Virus record (IMG/VR): IMGVR_UViG_3300031994_000009
Direction: 5' to 3' (one strand)
DNA length: 64,000 nt
DNA from: a virus
Lineage: Duplodnaviria > Caudoviricetes
Positions 27,785 through 36,725 of the stretch are shown piece after piece. Below the pieces are notes generated by a model. That model did no database searches. It worked only from the letters and a program-made list of their open reading frames with translations, and was not told the origin of the DNA. Numbering within the stretch: the first letter of the stretch is position 1; every line of letters starts with the position of its first letter. The position numbers were made by a program, and so were the translations under genes.

Positions 27785-28833
27785 TCCACCTCCTCTTCTT
27801 TAAGTTCTGGCATCTTGTCACCGATCACTATCCTGAACTTTCCATCATCAGACCAATCTACCCTGTGGACATATGCGAAGAACTGATCCCCGTTAACGAA
27901 CTCATGTTTATCAAAACTACTTTCCATATCAGGAGACATGGTGCTGCGATGCATAAGACTTGAGAACGGGAAATCACCGTTGTTATCTTTAATAGCACAG
28001 AACAACCCGTTCTTGGACTGTCCAGTAACTTTCACGGAAACCCTCAAACCAGGATACATCTCGTTCTTTACACGTGTAGGTAAAGTCAATTCAAGATATT
28101 TCTTATGGCTTACAACGAAGTTTCCTGTCTGTTTCGAATAATTAACAACACAAACATTCACGTTCTTCCCAACCATTGATTCGAAATCATCAATTGGTCC
28201 GCTTGCTGCCAGAGATCCAGGCATAAAACACTTCAAACCGTTCACCACAACAGTGAATCCACCTTGATTCACGCTGATAATCTGAGCGGAATATCCGTAC
28301 ATCTGGGAACCTTTTAATTGATTCATGAACTCAATTTCAACATTGGCTCTAACACCATCCATGATCGAAACCCTATTCTGAACAACCTTTGCGGTTTTTG
28401 CAAATTTCAAAATAAGTTCCTTGTTTTCTGGATTCTTTAGGGCCATCATAAAGTGTTCGACACCCTCGCAGCCTATAGAATCAACAAATTCCATTTCTTT
28501 GTTCATGTCTACCACAGCTGACATTCCACCATCTGTATCCAACACGACCTCGTGATCTGATAATTGGTTAATATCAACAACATGATAAAGGGCACCAACA
28601 ACTTCATCCTTTGCTGTTGTCTGAACCGTCCTTTCACCACACATTTTCTTGTAAAGTTCTTCGGCATAAGAATCATGACAGAAAACCTTATCGCCTTTCC
28701 TTGTCTTGATTGCTTCGTTCTTTACAAGATTGTAGCCGTTATATCCATTCTCATAGCTTTCCCAATCGAAACCATCGTCTGGATTCGATTTCTTGTTGTC
28801 ATTAACATGACCGCAAAAATAATTCTTTGACAT
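27781..28833 (-). CDS. ribosomal protein S1-like, multi-S1-domain RNA-binding protein
   Basis: GGFTVVVNGLKCFMPGS...NFVVSHK and GLFC...LMHRS are S1-domain signatures; N-terminal FDWESYE is similar to Bacteroidetes bS1. Confidence 0.75.
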   Translation of the reverse strand: MSKNYFCGHVNDNKKSNPDDGFDWESYENGYNGYNLVKNEAIKTRKGDKVFCHDSYAEELYKKMCGERTVQTTAKDEVVGALYHVVDINQLSDHEVVLDTDGGMSAVVDMNKEMEFVDSIGCEGVEHFMMALKNPENKELILKFAKTAKVVQNRVSIMDGVRANVEIEFMNQLKGSQMYGYSAQIISVNQGGFTVVVNGLKCFMPGSLAASGPIDDFESMVGKNVNVCVVNYSKQTGNFVVSHKKYLELTLPTRVKNEMYPGLRVSVKVTGQSKNGLFCAIKDNNGDFPFSSLMHRSTMSPDMESSFDKHEFVNGDQFFAYVHRVDWSDDGKFRIVIGDKMPELKEEEVE

Positions 28834-28860
28834 TTGATTGCAATTTTTAATGAAACAAAA

Positions 28861-29748
28861 TTAACTGTCTTTCATTGATGCGATAACGATCTTCGTCGAT
28901 GTCTTTGTAGAATCAAACAAAACCCTATCTACCGAATCGCCATCACCCATAACAGACTTACCGATAATGATCTTGAAAGTCTCGTCTGTCTTGTCGAGCA
29001 TCTTCATGAAACGATCCCTTGTGATAGGAACGGAAACCTTATATTCTGGCTCAGCTTCGAGATCCCCGATCTTGTAAACGAAATTCGGCTTCTTGTCTGA
29101 TCCGTTACCACGATCCTTCACATAGAGTGTCTTCCCTTCAACATAAAACACCAAAGCGTCCTTGCGCACGTCGATCTTCACGATATCAGACGTCTTGATG
29201 ATTGAGTTAATTGTTTCCGCAGACATCTCAAGGGAAATCGGATCCTTGACATTAAACACAACACCAAGGAACTTCTCGTCAGGCAGATAACTGAACTCAG
29301 AAGGTCTGAATCCATCCATTCGCATAGTAAGAATCTTCGAACTGAAAGAGATCGATGTTGCGATGAAGTCGATCGATTCGTCTTTCTGGCTGACAAGCTG
29401 ATCGTAGTCGATCTCGATATTAAAATCCGAGTTTCCTTCCTTATCTACATCAGAACCTAGGCGTTCGATGATTTGGATGAATTTCTTGAGCTGGATAAGG
29501 ATACCTACCTTCACTCGGTTATCCCCCCTTGTTTCCTCTCCGTCGTCGGAAACGATCGTGATGTTGGCATCGTCGAACATAATCGAAGAGAATCTTACGG
29601 ATGATTTATCCTCCGTATAAGTCTTTGCGACGAAAGCCCTTGTCTTTGTGTCGATTTCGAGAAGAAGCGATTCCCTGATTCTAAGGTAGTTCTTCAAGTA
29701 AGAGATGAAAGGATCGACACTTCCTTTCAGATTGAGTTTTAAAAGCAT
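28861..29748 (-). CDS. putative DNA sliding clamp
   Basis: Size and alternating beta/alpha pattern fit a gp45/PCNA-like clamp; no diagnostic motif. Confidence 0.4.
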   Translation of the reverse strand: MLLKLNLKGSVDPFISYLKNYLRIRESLLLEIDTKTRAFVAKTYTEDKSSVRFSSIMFDDANITIVSDDGEETRGDNRVKVGILIQLKKFIQIIERLGSDVDKEGNSDFNIEIDYDQLVSQKDESIDFIATSISFSSKILTMRMDGFRPSEFSYLPDEKFLGVVFNVKDPISLEMSAETINSIIKTSDIVKIDVRKDALVFYVEGKTLYVKDRGNGSDKKPNFVYKIGDLEAEPEYKVSVPITRDRFMKMLDKTDETFKIIIGKSVMGDGDSVDRVLFDSTKTSTKIVIASMKDS

Positions 29749-29841
29749 TCGTATTGGCTTTTAATGGTGAAACAAAATGTAAACTTACAGAGCCTTGTAA
29801 AAAGTCTCTTTATATATTATACTGCTAAATTCAGAAAACCA

Positions 29842-30114
29842 TTAAATCAGAGAAATATGATCAATAAAAATATCATTCTCTTTTGGGATATAAGACGTCT
29901 CTATAAAATCTTGATAACGTTCTTGAACAAATCCGTTAACAATTTCATATGAACATAAAGCTTCTCCCACACTCGGTTTCCAAAATGCAAGTTCTTGTTT
30001 TCCGCATCCATCTATATCTATAAGTATAGGAAAAACACCTTCTTTTTTAAGTTTTTTAAGTATATTGATGATATTGTCTACCATCAATTGTTCGTTCTTT
30101 GTAACTTTCTTCAT
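29842..30114 (-). CDS. hypothetical protein
   Basis: Downstream of the class I promoter at 30135-30147. Confidence 0.7.
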   Translation of the reverse strand: MKKVTKNEQLMVDNIINILKKLKKEGVFPILIDIDGCGKQELAFWKPSVGEALCSYEIVNGFVQERYQDFIETSYIPKENDIFIDHISLI

Positions 30115-30134
30115 TTTCTATATGTTCTATCGAT

Positions 30135-30147
30135 GCAAATATACGGA
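30135..30147 (-). promoter_or_regulatory. Class I promoter
   Basis: Exact motif. Confidence 0.85.
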
Positions 30148-30167
30148 AAACAAACAACACTAAAAAA

Positions 30168-32030
30168 TCAAACTTTTTGTGTCTTTCCTCTCAAAGTGAT
30201 GTTGATCGGACCAACCAAAGCATCAAGATTATCCTCATAGAATACATCGTTCATCGATGTGAAATTACCTCTGAACAAAGGTTGAATGTCGTTTACGGAC
30301 AATGAGTTTCCAAGTCTGTCTGTCATAACCCTTGACAGAACAATATCACCGTATTCGTCTATACCGTAATTACCTCTCCCGAAATAGTTCTGGTTGTTCC
30401 TGTCTGCATCAAAGAACACGCTAACGGAATCGACTCCATCGACATCCTCTACGATCCTGATTATGTCAGAAACTGGAATTCTGTCCCTTCTGTTATTCTT
30501 GATAAGATAATCCGATACAGCAGATACGATCGAACTCTTAACAGCTTTGAACTCGTAGTTACTCCACATCTGTATGAATATATTCATCGCAAACCTGAGA
30601 TAGATAGGATCTATAATCTGATTATCAACAGTTATGATCTTCTGGCCAGAATCCTCGATCATATTGATAATCCCGTTCTTCTCGTCTTCTGTCAGATAGA
30701 ACCTAGATTCGTCACATGTGAAATAATTCTCGTATGAACCGAGTCTCTTTGTTATGTCAGGAATAAGATAAAGGTATATTATATTGTCATCTAGCCTAGA
30801 TTCGTCGTACTTTATCTTCAAAGCATCCAACTCAAGTCTCATTTCGTTGAGATCGGAAAGAATGTCCTGTGCTGCCTTTGAAGATATCCCAGTCAAAGCG
30901 ATCTGATCCGAATAAAGCTGTTTCTTCGTGATGTAAGCAACTTTGGCATCGTTATATTGTTCCTCTATCTGTGCATCTTCTGAAGAATGGAATCCAGAGA
31001 ACACATCTATTATAGAGAACATGTTCAGCTTGGAAAGAAACGTTTTATAGTTCACAGCGTTTGCCAAGACAAAGTTTCTCGATGCATGTGGAGCCAACTG
31101 TCTGGTCATTTCTATATTCTCCCCAGAAGCCCCGAAAACGACGTCAGAAGCGGAAGAAAGGGTATATATGGAATTCAGGTTTATATAGTCCCCGTTGATG
31201 TCATACCCGTCTTCCGCAAATGTCCAATAATTTTCAGCGGAAGCAGTATCCACATTACCACCTTCACCAGAGCAAGTTATGTATTCCAAAAGGATAGTAG
31301 CACCCAATGTAGGTATCTTTCCGTTGTTTCCAGTGCCGAAGAAAACATCGATCCCACCGTTAACACTAGTCCTTACTATGCAAGCCTCCTGTTCATAGCT
31401 CATATCCATTATGGATTTGACGGACTCCCATCTCCTTCCGTTCACATAGACATTAACAAAGAAATCATCTATGTAATTATCTGTCTTGTTCGCGAAATTG
31501 AACGACTGTAAAGCTTCACCAGTGCCAGTTCCCTGTTGGTATTTCAACTCTCCTTGAATGATGGGAATCTCTATTTTGGAATCATATGCACCAACAGTTA
31601 TCTCCATAACATTAGAAGGCAAGATCGCAATGTAACTCAACCCGTTTGTTCCGTTCGTTATCTTAGTGTAGTTCTTGATGTAGATCGTCTCACCTTCATA
31701 GTCGGATTGCATGTTATATGTCATATACAAAGACCCACGTGACGCAACACCCAAAGACGGCATATGTCCAGTCAATGTCGCAAGCCCACGGATCGATCTT
31801 GCCTGATAAGCCGTTGCAATATTAAGCTCGGTGATCGAGTTCTCTATATAGAACAATATCATCCTTCCGAGATTGACAGTAACGCTCACAATCTGTGCGA
31901 ATGGCGAAGCTGCTGTGAATTCCTTCTCGTTTACGGCATACACAGTCTTCAGATATGACATTATGTCGTCATACATCTGGGAAAGTCCCAGCCTGTTTGA
32001 CTTAAATATTTTGAAGTCTGGTCTTGACAT
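30168..32030 (-). CDS. baseplate wedge subunit (T4 gp6-like)
   Basis: E.NI.TA...SIR.LA...G, FG.G..GKIP..G..I...Y...G..GN and E.IE..R..AP; next to the tape measure and tail genes. Confidence 0.82.
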   Translation of the reverse strand: MSRPDFKIFKSNRLGLSQMYDDIMSYLKTVYAVNEKEFTAASPFAQIVSVTVNLGRMILFYIENSITELNIATAYQARSIRGLATLTGHMPSLGVASRGSLYMTYNMQSDYEGETIYIKNYTKITNGTNGLSYIAILPSNVMEITVGAYDSKIEIPIIQGELKYQQGTGTGEALQSFNFANKTDNYIDDFFVNVYVNGRRWESVKSIMDMSYEQEACIVRTSVNGGIDVFFGTGNNGKIPTLGATILLEYITCSGEGGNVDTASAENYWTFAEDGYDINGDYINLNSIYTLSSASDVVFGASGENIEMTRQLAPHASRNFVLANAVNYKTFLSKLNMFSIIDVFSGFHSSEDAQIEEQYNDAKVAYITKKQLYSDQIALTGISSKAAQDILSDLNEMRLELDALKIKYDESRLDDNIIYLYLIPDITKRLGSYENYFTCDESRFYLTEDEKNGIINMIEDSGQKIITVDNQIIDPIYLRFAMNIFIQMWSNYEFKAVKSSIVSAVSDYLIKNNRRDRIPVSDIIRIVEDVDGVDSVSVFFDADRNNQNYFGRGNYGIDEYGDIVLSRVMTDRLGNSLSVNDIQPLFRGNFTSMNDVFYEDNLDALVGPINITLRGKTQKV

Positions 32031-32067
32031 TTTTCAGAAACAATATAATCTTGTGTTATTTATCCGT

Positions 32068-35000
32068 TTATGATGGAGCACCACCAATAAAATCATAGCC
32101 AAGCCCCATAAGAACATTACCAATATTGTCCGAGTCCGATATACCAGAAACGTTTGGAGTGATGTGCAATGTAGAAAAGACTTCATTGATCGCAGAGATT
32201 ATATCATCCTTTGTGATCGATGGTGCCTGCTGAGACGAAATTACGTTCTGGTTGACATTAACATTATTATCTCCACCACCCCCGTTTGAAGTAATTGTTT
32301 GATGAGGAACACTTTGATAATTCGCTGTAGTAGCCATTTCCAACCTTGTTAAGTCAAGATTTTGGATTCTATCAAGCAAGTCCTTGAACGTTCCCATAGA
32401 CTCTTGTGAGCCGTCAAACGACATCATAATATTCTTAACGCTTTCCCCGAATTTATCCAAAGCCTTCTGCCTTCTTTCTTCATCTTTAATAAGAATATTA
32501 TCAAGATTCTTAAACGCAGTATTCAGACCCCTTACACTTGCGGTCAACTTATTAATATTATCCGTATTCTTCGGGAACTTCTTCTCGACAACATCGGTCA
32601 TGAAAGTGACGATCGACTTGCTATTTGCTATAATTTTATTTCCGTCTATAGAACCACCCATAGACTTTCCTATCCTAACCATATTATCCAATGGATATAT
32701 ACAGGAATTCATAACAGTCGGATCAACATCCATATTCAATAAAGAAGAAAATGCGGATGAAATTGCCAAGGAATTTTTCTGGACAAGTTCGGACGAAATG
32801 CTTTCTTTGGACAAATCCTCAGATATTTTAATGACAGAATTAATAGGTTTCAACATGTTTTCTATTAGACTCGGATCAATTTCATTTGATTTTCCGATCA
32901 ACCCTTCCTTTCCATAAATCTTATCTATAAATGTCCCTATCAAAGTAGAAATCAATGTTGCCGTCTCCGTCACGTTAACTGGTTTACCTTCTTTCAGGTT
33001 CCCTTCCATATCATACGTTATTTTGGATAACCCGTTAGAAGTTGGATTCAACCCCATAAGCATGTCAACAAATCCACACACTGGATCAACAATCATGGAG
33101 AACACGTTCATCATCTCGCCAACAGCTGTTGCCTTTTCACTCTGCCTTCCAAGAAATCTTTGGAAAAATGTTCTATCCCCATATATAATCTCGGACCAGT
33201 TCGCTATATTATCTTTATCATACAACGCATTGACAAATTCCCCAACAGATCCAGCAACATTCTGTGCAACACCAACGACGTCAATCTCCCCAAGTTTACG
33301 AACTGTACCGTTTGGATCGATCGTCACTGAACACAATTTATTACCATCCCCTACATCATATTTCATCAGCATATCGACAAATTTTGTCATAGGATCAACA
33401 ATTGTGGCGAATATCTTGAAAATATCTTGCGCGTTATACATCGACTGAACATTCTCCATTCCAAAACTCAAGTTCTCCACAAATTTCTTTACGGCTCCAG
33501 TCATTGTCTCTGATATTAATATAATATCAACAGGTTCTCCGTAATCTGGCTCTCCTGTAGTCGGATCTATCTTTTTTATGGGACGAAGACCATCTGGAGT
33601 GACAACTCCACAAACCTTAGATATTTTAGATATTGCGTCAACAACAGTCACAACACCAGATACAACTTCAGCTATTTTCTTGTACTGTTTATCTATATCT
33701 TTCATTTTGCTGAAACTTGAATCTACACTAAAATTCTTGGCGTTGAACGTTTTCATGATATTTTTTATGTCAACAGAAACAGTTTTAACAAGTTGTTCAT
33801 AACCTCCAGCTTTCTTTATCTCATATGAAACGGATGCTAGTTTCGATGTCACATCGATAACCTTATTAGCCATTTCTATTGTAGCGTTTGCTCCGCGACT
33901 TCCACTTGCAACTAAAGGACCAACCAACCCAAAAGCTTCAGCAACATATCTAAACTCACGTACAACTTTTCTCAGTCCATTAGCATCCTTCCTTAAGTCA
34001 TCCCATGATACATTATTTTTTTTCAGCAATAGATCTAAATTTACAAGATCTCTAGTTAAATCTATCGATCTCTTTGCCATCTCAATTGCTGGTAACATTG
34101 CAAGAGATCCAGCTGCTATGGCGACAGAGAACAAACCAGCAACACCTGCCAACGCACCGACAGCCCCGACAACAGCGGACATACCGCCAAGATCCGTCAT
34201 GACTTCACCGAATTCTACTCCAGACTCTTTCCTGATTTTCGTCAAACCAATTAATTCACCATAAACATCTATAGATTTATTCGCAAGAAGCAATATCCCA
34301 CCAAAAGCAAGCAAACCAACAGCCAAATCCGCAACAAGTTTCCCTGCAACAAAAGCAAGAACACCGACAGCTCCGACAACAGCGGACATACCGCCAAGAT
34401 CCGTCATGACTTCGCCGAATTCTACCCCAGACTCTTTCCTAAATTTAGTAAGTCGAACTAACACATAATATAAACCCATAGCACCAAGGGCCAGAATTTC
34501 CATCGCCCCAAGAGCTATTATACCAGTCTTAGCCCTATTAAGCAGTTTTCCAGCAAGCCATGCTATACCAACAAGACCTAAAAGAGTGAGTGATGTCAGT
34601 TTTAATCCATCCAATATGGTATCATACCTCTCTTTTACAAATTCACCAAGATAATTAGCGGCAACGATAATACCCATTGCAGCAAAAGTAAGCAATATTA
34701 TTCCAAATATTCCTGTTACAGTAGATCTTGTTACAACATGTTTAGATATCCACCCGATAAAACCAAAAACAAGTCCGATCGCTAGCAACGTGATAAACGT
34801 AGCGCCAAGTCCATAAAGAATATAATCAACACCTCCATAATTCTGTATAAGATACCCAAGTCCATATGCAACAACCAAAATCCCAGCAGAAGCCAATGTC
34901 AACGTTATTATCTCTTTGATTCCATTTATAGCACCAACTTCTTTTAATGCTTTTGCCGCAAATCCTATAAGTCCTATTAACACTGTAGTTAGTACAAGAG

Positions 35001-35901
35001 TTGCACCCAAAACAGCAAGACCGCCAAGGATAAGGGTTCTTGTCGGACCCATGGCAACCAGAAGTCCAAGTCCCATGCAAACAGTAATTAAGGCAACTGA
35101 ACGCCAAACGACTTTCATAACATCATTTATAGCTTGCATCGAACCTGCTTCTTTTATCTTCTTCGCAACAAATCCAGCAAGCACACCAATTGCGGCAACC
35201 GTCAATAACGTAGCACCCAAAACAGCAAGACCGCCAAGGATAAGGGTTCTTGTCGGACCCATGGCAACCAGAAGTCCAAGTCCCATGCAAAGAGCCAACA
35301 CACCGACACCTTGCTTGACGACCTTCATCAATTCGTTCATCGACTTCGAGATCTCATTGAGATTCTTCACAGTGTCAGACAAATTATTGATCTTTGCGAC
35401 TTCTTCAATGATCTCCAAATAAACTTTCACAGCACCTTTGGCTAATGTAAAACCAAGCTTTGCTCCGATAGCAGACGATGACATATTTGAAGCTTTTTTT
35501 ATGGCATCGACAAAAACAGACATGGAATTAAAAAGTTCTGCCGCATTCTTCGAATCTTCTACGCTAATTTTTGAATATTCTGCCATATCTTGAACAGAAG
35601 AAATAACAGACTCAAGAACCATTTTGAATCTTCTTATCGCCATAGGAGATATATTGGATATCGCGATAACACTTGGAGAAAGATTGTTCAAGAACTTTAT
35701 AATCTCTCCAAGGCTTGTGCCAGAGACATCCACTTTAAGATTATCTTCAGCTGGCTTTATATCCTTTGTATTTGCAACGTCACCCCTCGAAAGTTTTGCT
35801 GTAGCCTCGGCACTATCACCATTCTTCGGTGTCATGCTTTTCGCTATATCCTTGACGGACTGATTTATGCTCAATAATATTTCTACTGTGTTGGGACCCA
35901 T
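32068..35901 (-). CDS. tape-measure-like protein with hydrophobic ~70-aa repeats
   Basis: 1277 aa, A/G/L-rich helical repeats, between tail tube and baseplate; GATAAATA upstream. Confidence 0.7.
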   Translation of the reverse strand: MGPNTVEILLSINQSVKDIAKSMTPKNGDSAEATAKLSRGDVANTKDIKPAEDNLKVDVSGTSLGEIIKFLNNLSPSVIAISNISPMAIRRFKMVLESVISSVQDMAEYSKISVEDSKNAAELFNSMSVFVDAIKKASNMSSSAIGAKLGFTLAKGAVKVYLEIIEEVAKINNLSDTVKNLNEISKSMNELMKVVKQGVGVLALCMGLGLLVAMGPTRTLILGGLAVLGATLLTVAAIGVLAGFVAKKIKEAGSMQAINDVMKVVWRSVALITVCMGLGLLVAMGPTRTLILGGLAVLGATLVLTTVLIGLIGFAAKALKEVGAINGIKEIITLTLASAGILVVAYGLGYLIQNYGGVDYILYGLGATFITLLAIGLVFGFIGWISKHVVTRSTVTGIFGIILLTFAAMGIIVAANYLGEFVKERYDTILDGLKLTSLTLLGLVGIAWLAGKLLNRAKTGIIALGAMEILALGAMGLYYVLVRLTKFRKESGVEFGEVMTDLGGMSAVVGAVGVLAFVAGKLVADLAVGLLAFGGILLLANKSIDVYGELIGLTKIRKESGVEFGEVMTDLGGMSAVVGAVGALAGVAGLFSVAIAAGSLAMLPAIEMAKRSIDLTRDLVNLDLLLKKNNVSWDDLRKDANGLRKVVREFRYVAEAFGLVGPLVASGSRGANATIEMANKVIDVTSKLASVSYEIKKAGGYEQLVKTVSVDIKNIMKTFNAKNFSVDSSFSKMKDIDKQYKKIAEVVSGVVTVVDAISKISKVCGVVTPDGLRPIKKIDPTTGEPDYGEPVDIILISETMTGAVKKFVENLSFGMENVQSMYNAQDIFKIFATIVDPMTKFVDMLMKYDVGDGNKLCSVTIDPNGTVRKLGEIDVVGVAQNVAGSVGEFVNALYDKDNIANWSEIIYGDRTFFQRFLGRQSEKATAVGEMMNVFSMIVDPVCGFVDMLMGLNPTSNGLSKITYDMEGNLKEGKPVNVTETATLISTLIGTFIDKIYGKEGLIGKSNEIDPSLIENMLKPINSVIKISEDLSKESISSELVQKNSLAISSAFSSLLNMDVDPTVMNSCIYPLDNMVRIGKSMGGSIDGNKIIANSKSIVTFMTDVVEKKFPKNTDNINKLTASVRGLNTAFKNLDNILIKDEERRQKALDKFGESVKNIMMSFDGSQESMGTFKDLLDRIQNLDLTRLEMATTANYQSVPHQTITSNGGGGDNNVNVNQNVISSQQAPSITKDDIISAINEVFSTLHITPNVSGISDSDNIGNVLMGLGYDFIGGAPS
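34155..34440. repeat. 79-bp direct repeat pair (34155-34233 and 34362-34440, 3 mismatches)
   Basis: Encodes RKESGVEFGEVMTDLGGMSAVVGAVG twice; offset 207 bp. Confidence 0.9.
35003..35291. repeat. 79-bp exact direct repeat pair (35003-35081 and 35213-35291)
   Basis: Encodes CMGLGLLVAMGPTRTLILGGLAVLGA twice; offset 210 bp. Confidence 0.92.
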
Positions 35902-36072
35902 GAAAATAACATGCGTTTGTGATATTTATCAATAAACAAGAATTGAACAGGATCGATCCCAGTGGGATCTTTATCAAATAAACGATTCAACACAAAAAGA
36001 AAAGACCCTCCAAAACGAAGGATCTTTTCAAGATATATCCAACAGAATTATAATTTACTGTAAATTACCAAC

Positions 36073-36693
36073 TTAGAGCATGAATTCATCCCAATAGTCA
36101 CAACGCAAAGTATATCCTGTCACCTTATAAAGCTGATTCTTGTTCATGTAATCCAACGAAGGAACTGGCAAGTTGGTTGTCGGGAAAACATTATAGAGAA
36201 TCCATTGCCAATAAGGTTGGTCTGCCTTGTCGTGAAGAGTGACAGTAACTGTAGGAGCGACGTAGTCAACTTTCAAACCTTGACGGCCAGTGAGAGGATC
36301 CCAGATGAGATCGTTCCATCTGCGCAAGATTTTCAGCGTGTATATATCTGGAGTTCCAGCCTTACTTCCACGGATATTGATTTCGAAGTCAAGCTTCACA
36401 TCAATATGAGTATTATCTGTGCCAGATTGAGCAAAGCTTCTGTCTGCGAACTTATAGTGCTGTTCAACTGCACCAGGAACTTTATTCGTGTCAAGTCCAT
36501 CAACCTTTTGAACACCTTCAAGCAACAGATTCTTGTCGTCATTGGAAATTCCGCCCGTTCCAGTGAGACCAGCTGGAAGCTGAAACTCTACCGTGAACAG
36601 ATTCTGATAGACTGGCTCATACATCTCCATAGAGACGCGGGATGTCTTGAAATGGGGAAGACCCATAAGACCTACTGATGTTATTTGTGCCAT
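36073..36693 (-). CDS. tail tube protein (gp19-like)
   Basis: LRRWNDL...W.LYNVFPT...LDY...L.CDYW; directly downstream of the sheath. Confidence 0.85.
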   Translation of the reverse strand: MAQITSVGLMGLPHFKTSRVSMEMYEPVYQNLFTVEFQLPAGLTGTGGISNDDKNLLLEGVQKVDGLDTNKVPGAVEQHYKFADRSFAQSGTDNTHIDVKLDFEINIRGSKAGTPDIYTLKILRRWNDLIWDPLTGRQGLKVDYVAPTVTVTLHDKADQPYWQWILYNVFPTTNLPVPSLDYMNKNQLYKVTGYTLRCDYWDEFML

Positions 36694-36725
36694 TATTTTA
36701 TTCTATCTTGTTTCTTTTAATTTGT

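Noticed and set aside
34155-35291. DGR template/variable repeats or CRISPR
   Set aside because: The repeats are in-frame protein repeats with synonymous differences; no reverse transcriptase or spacer array is present.
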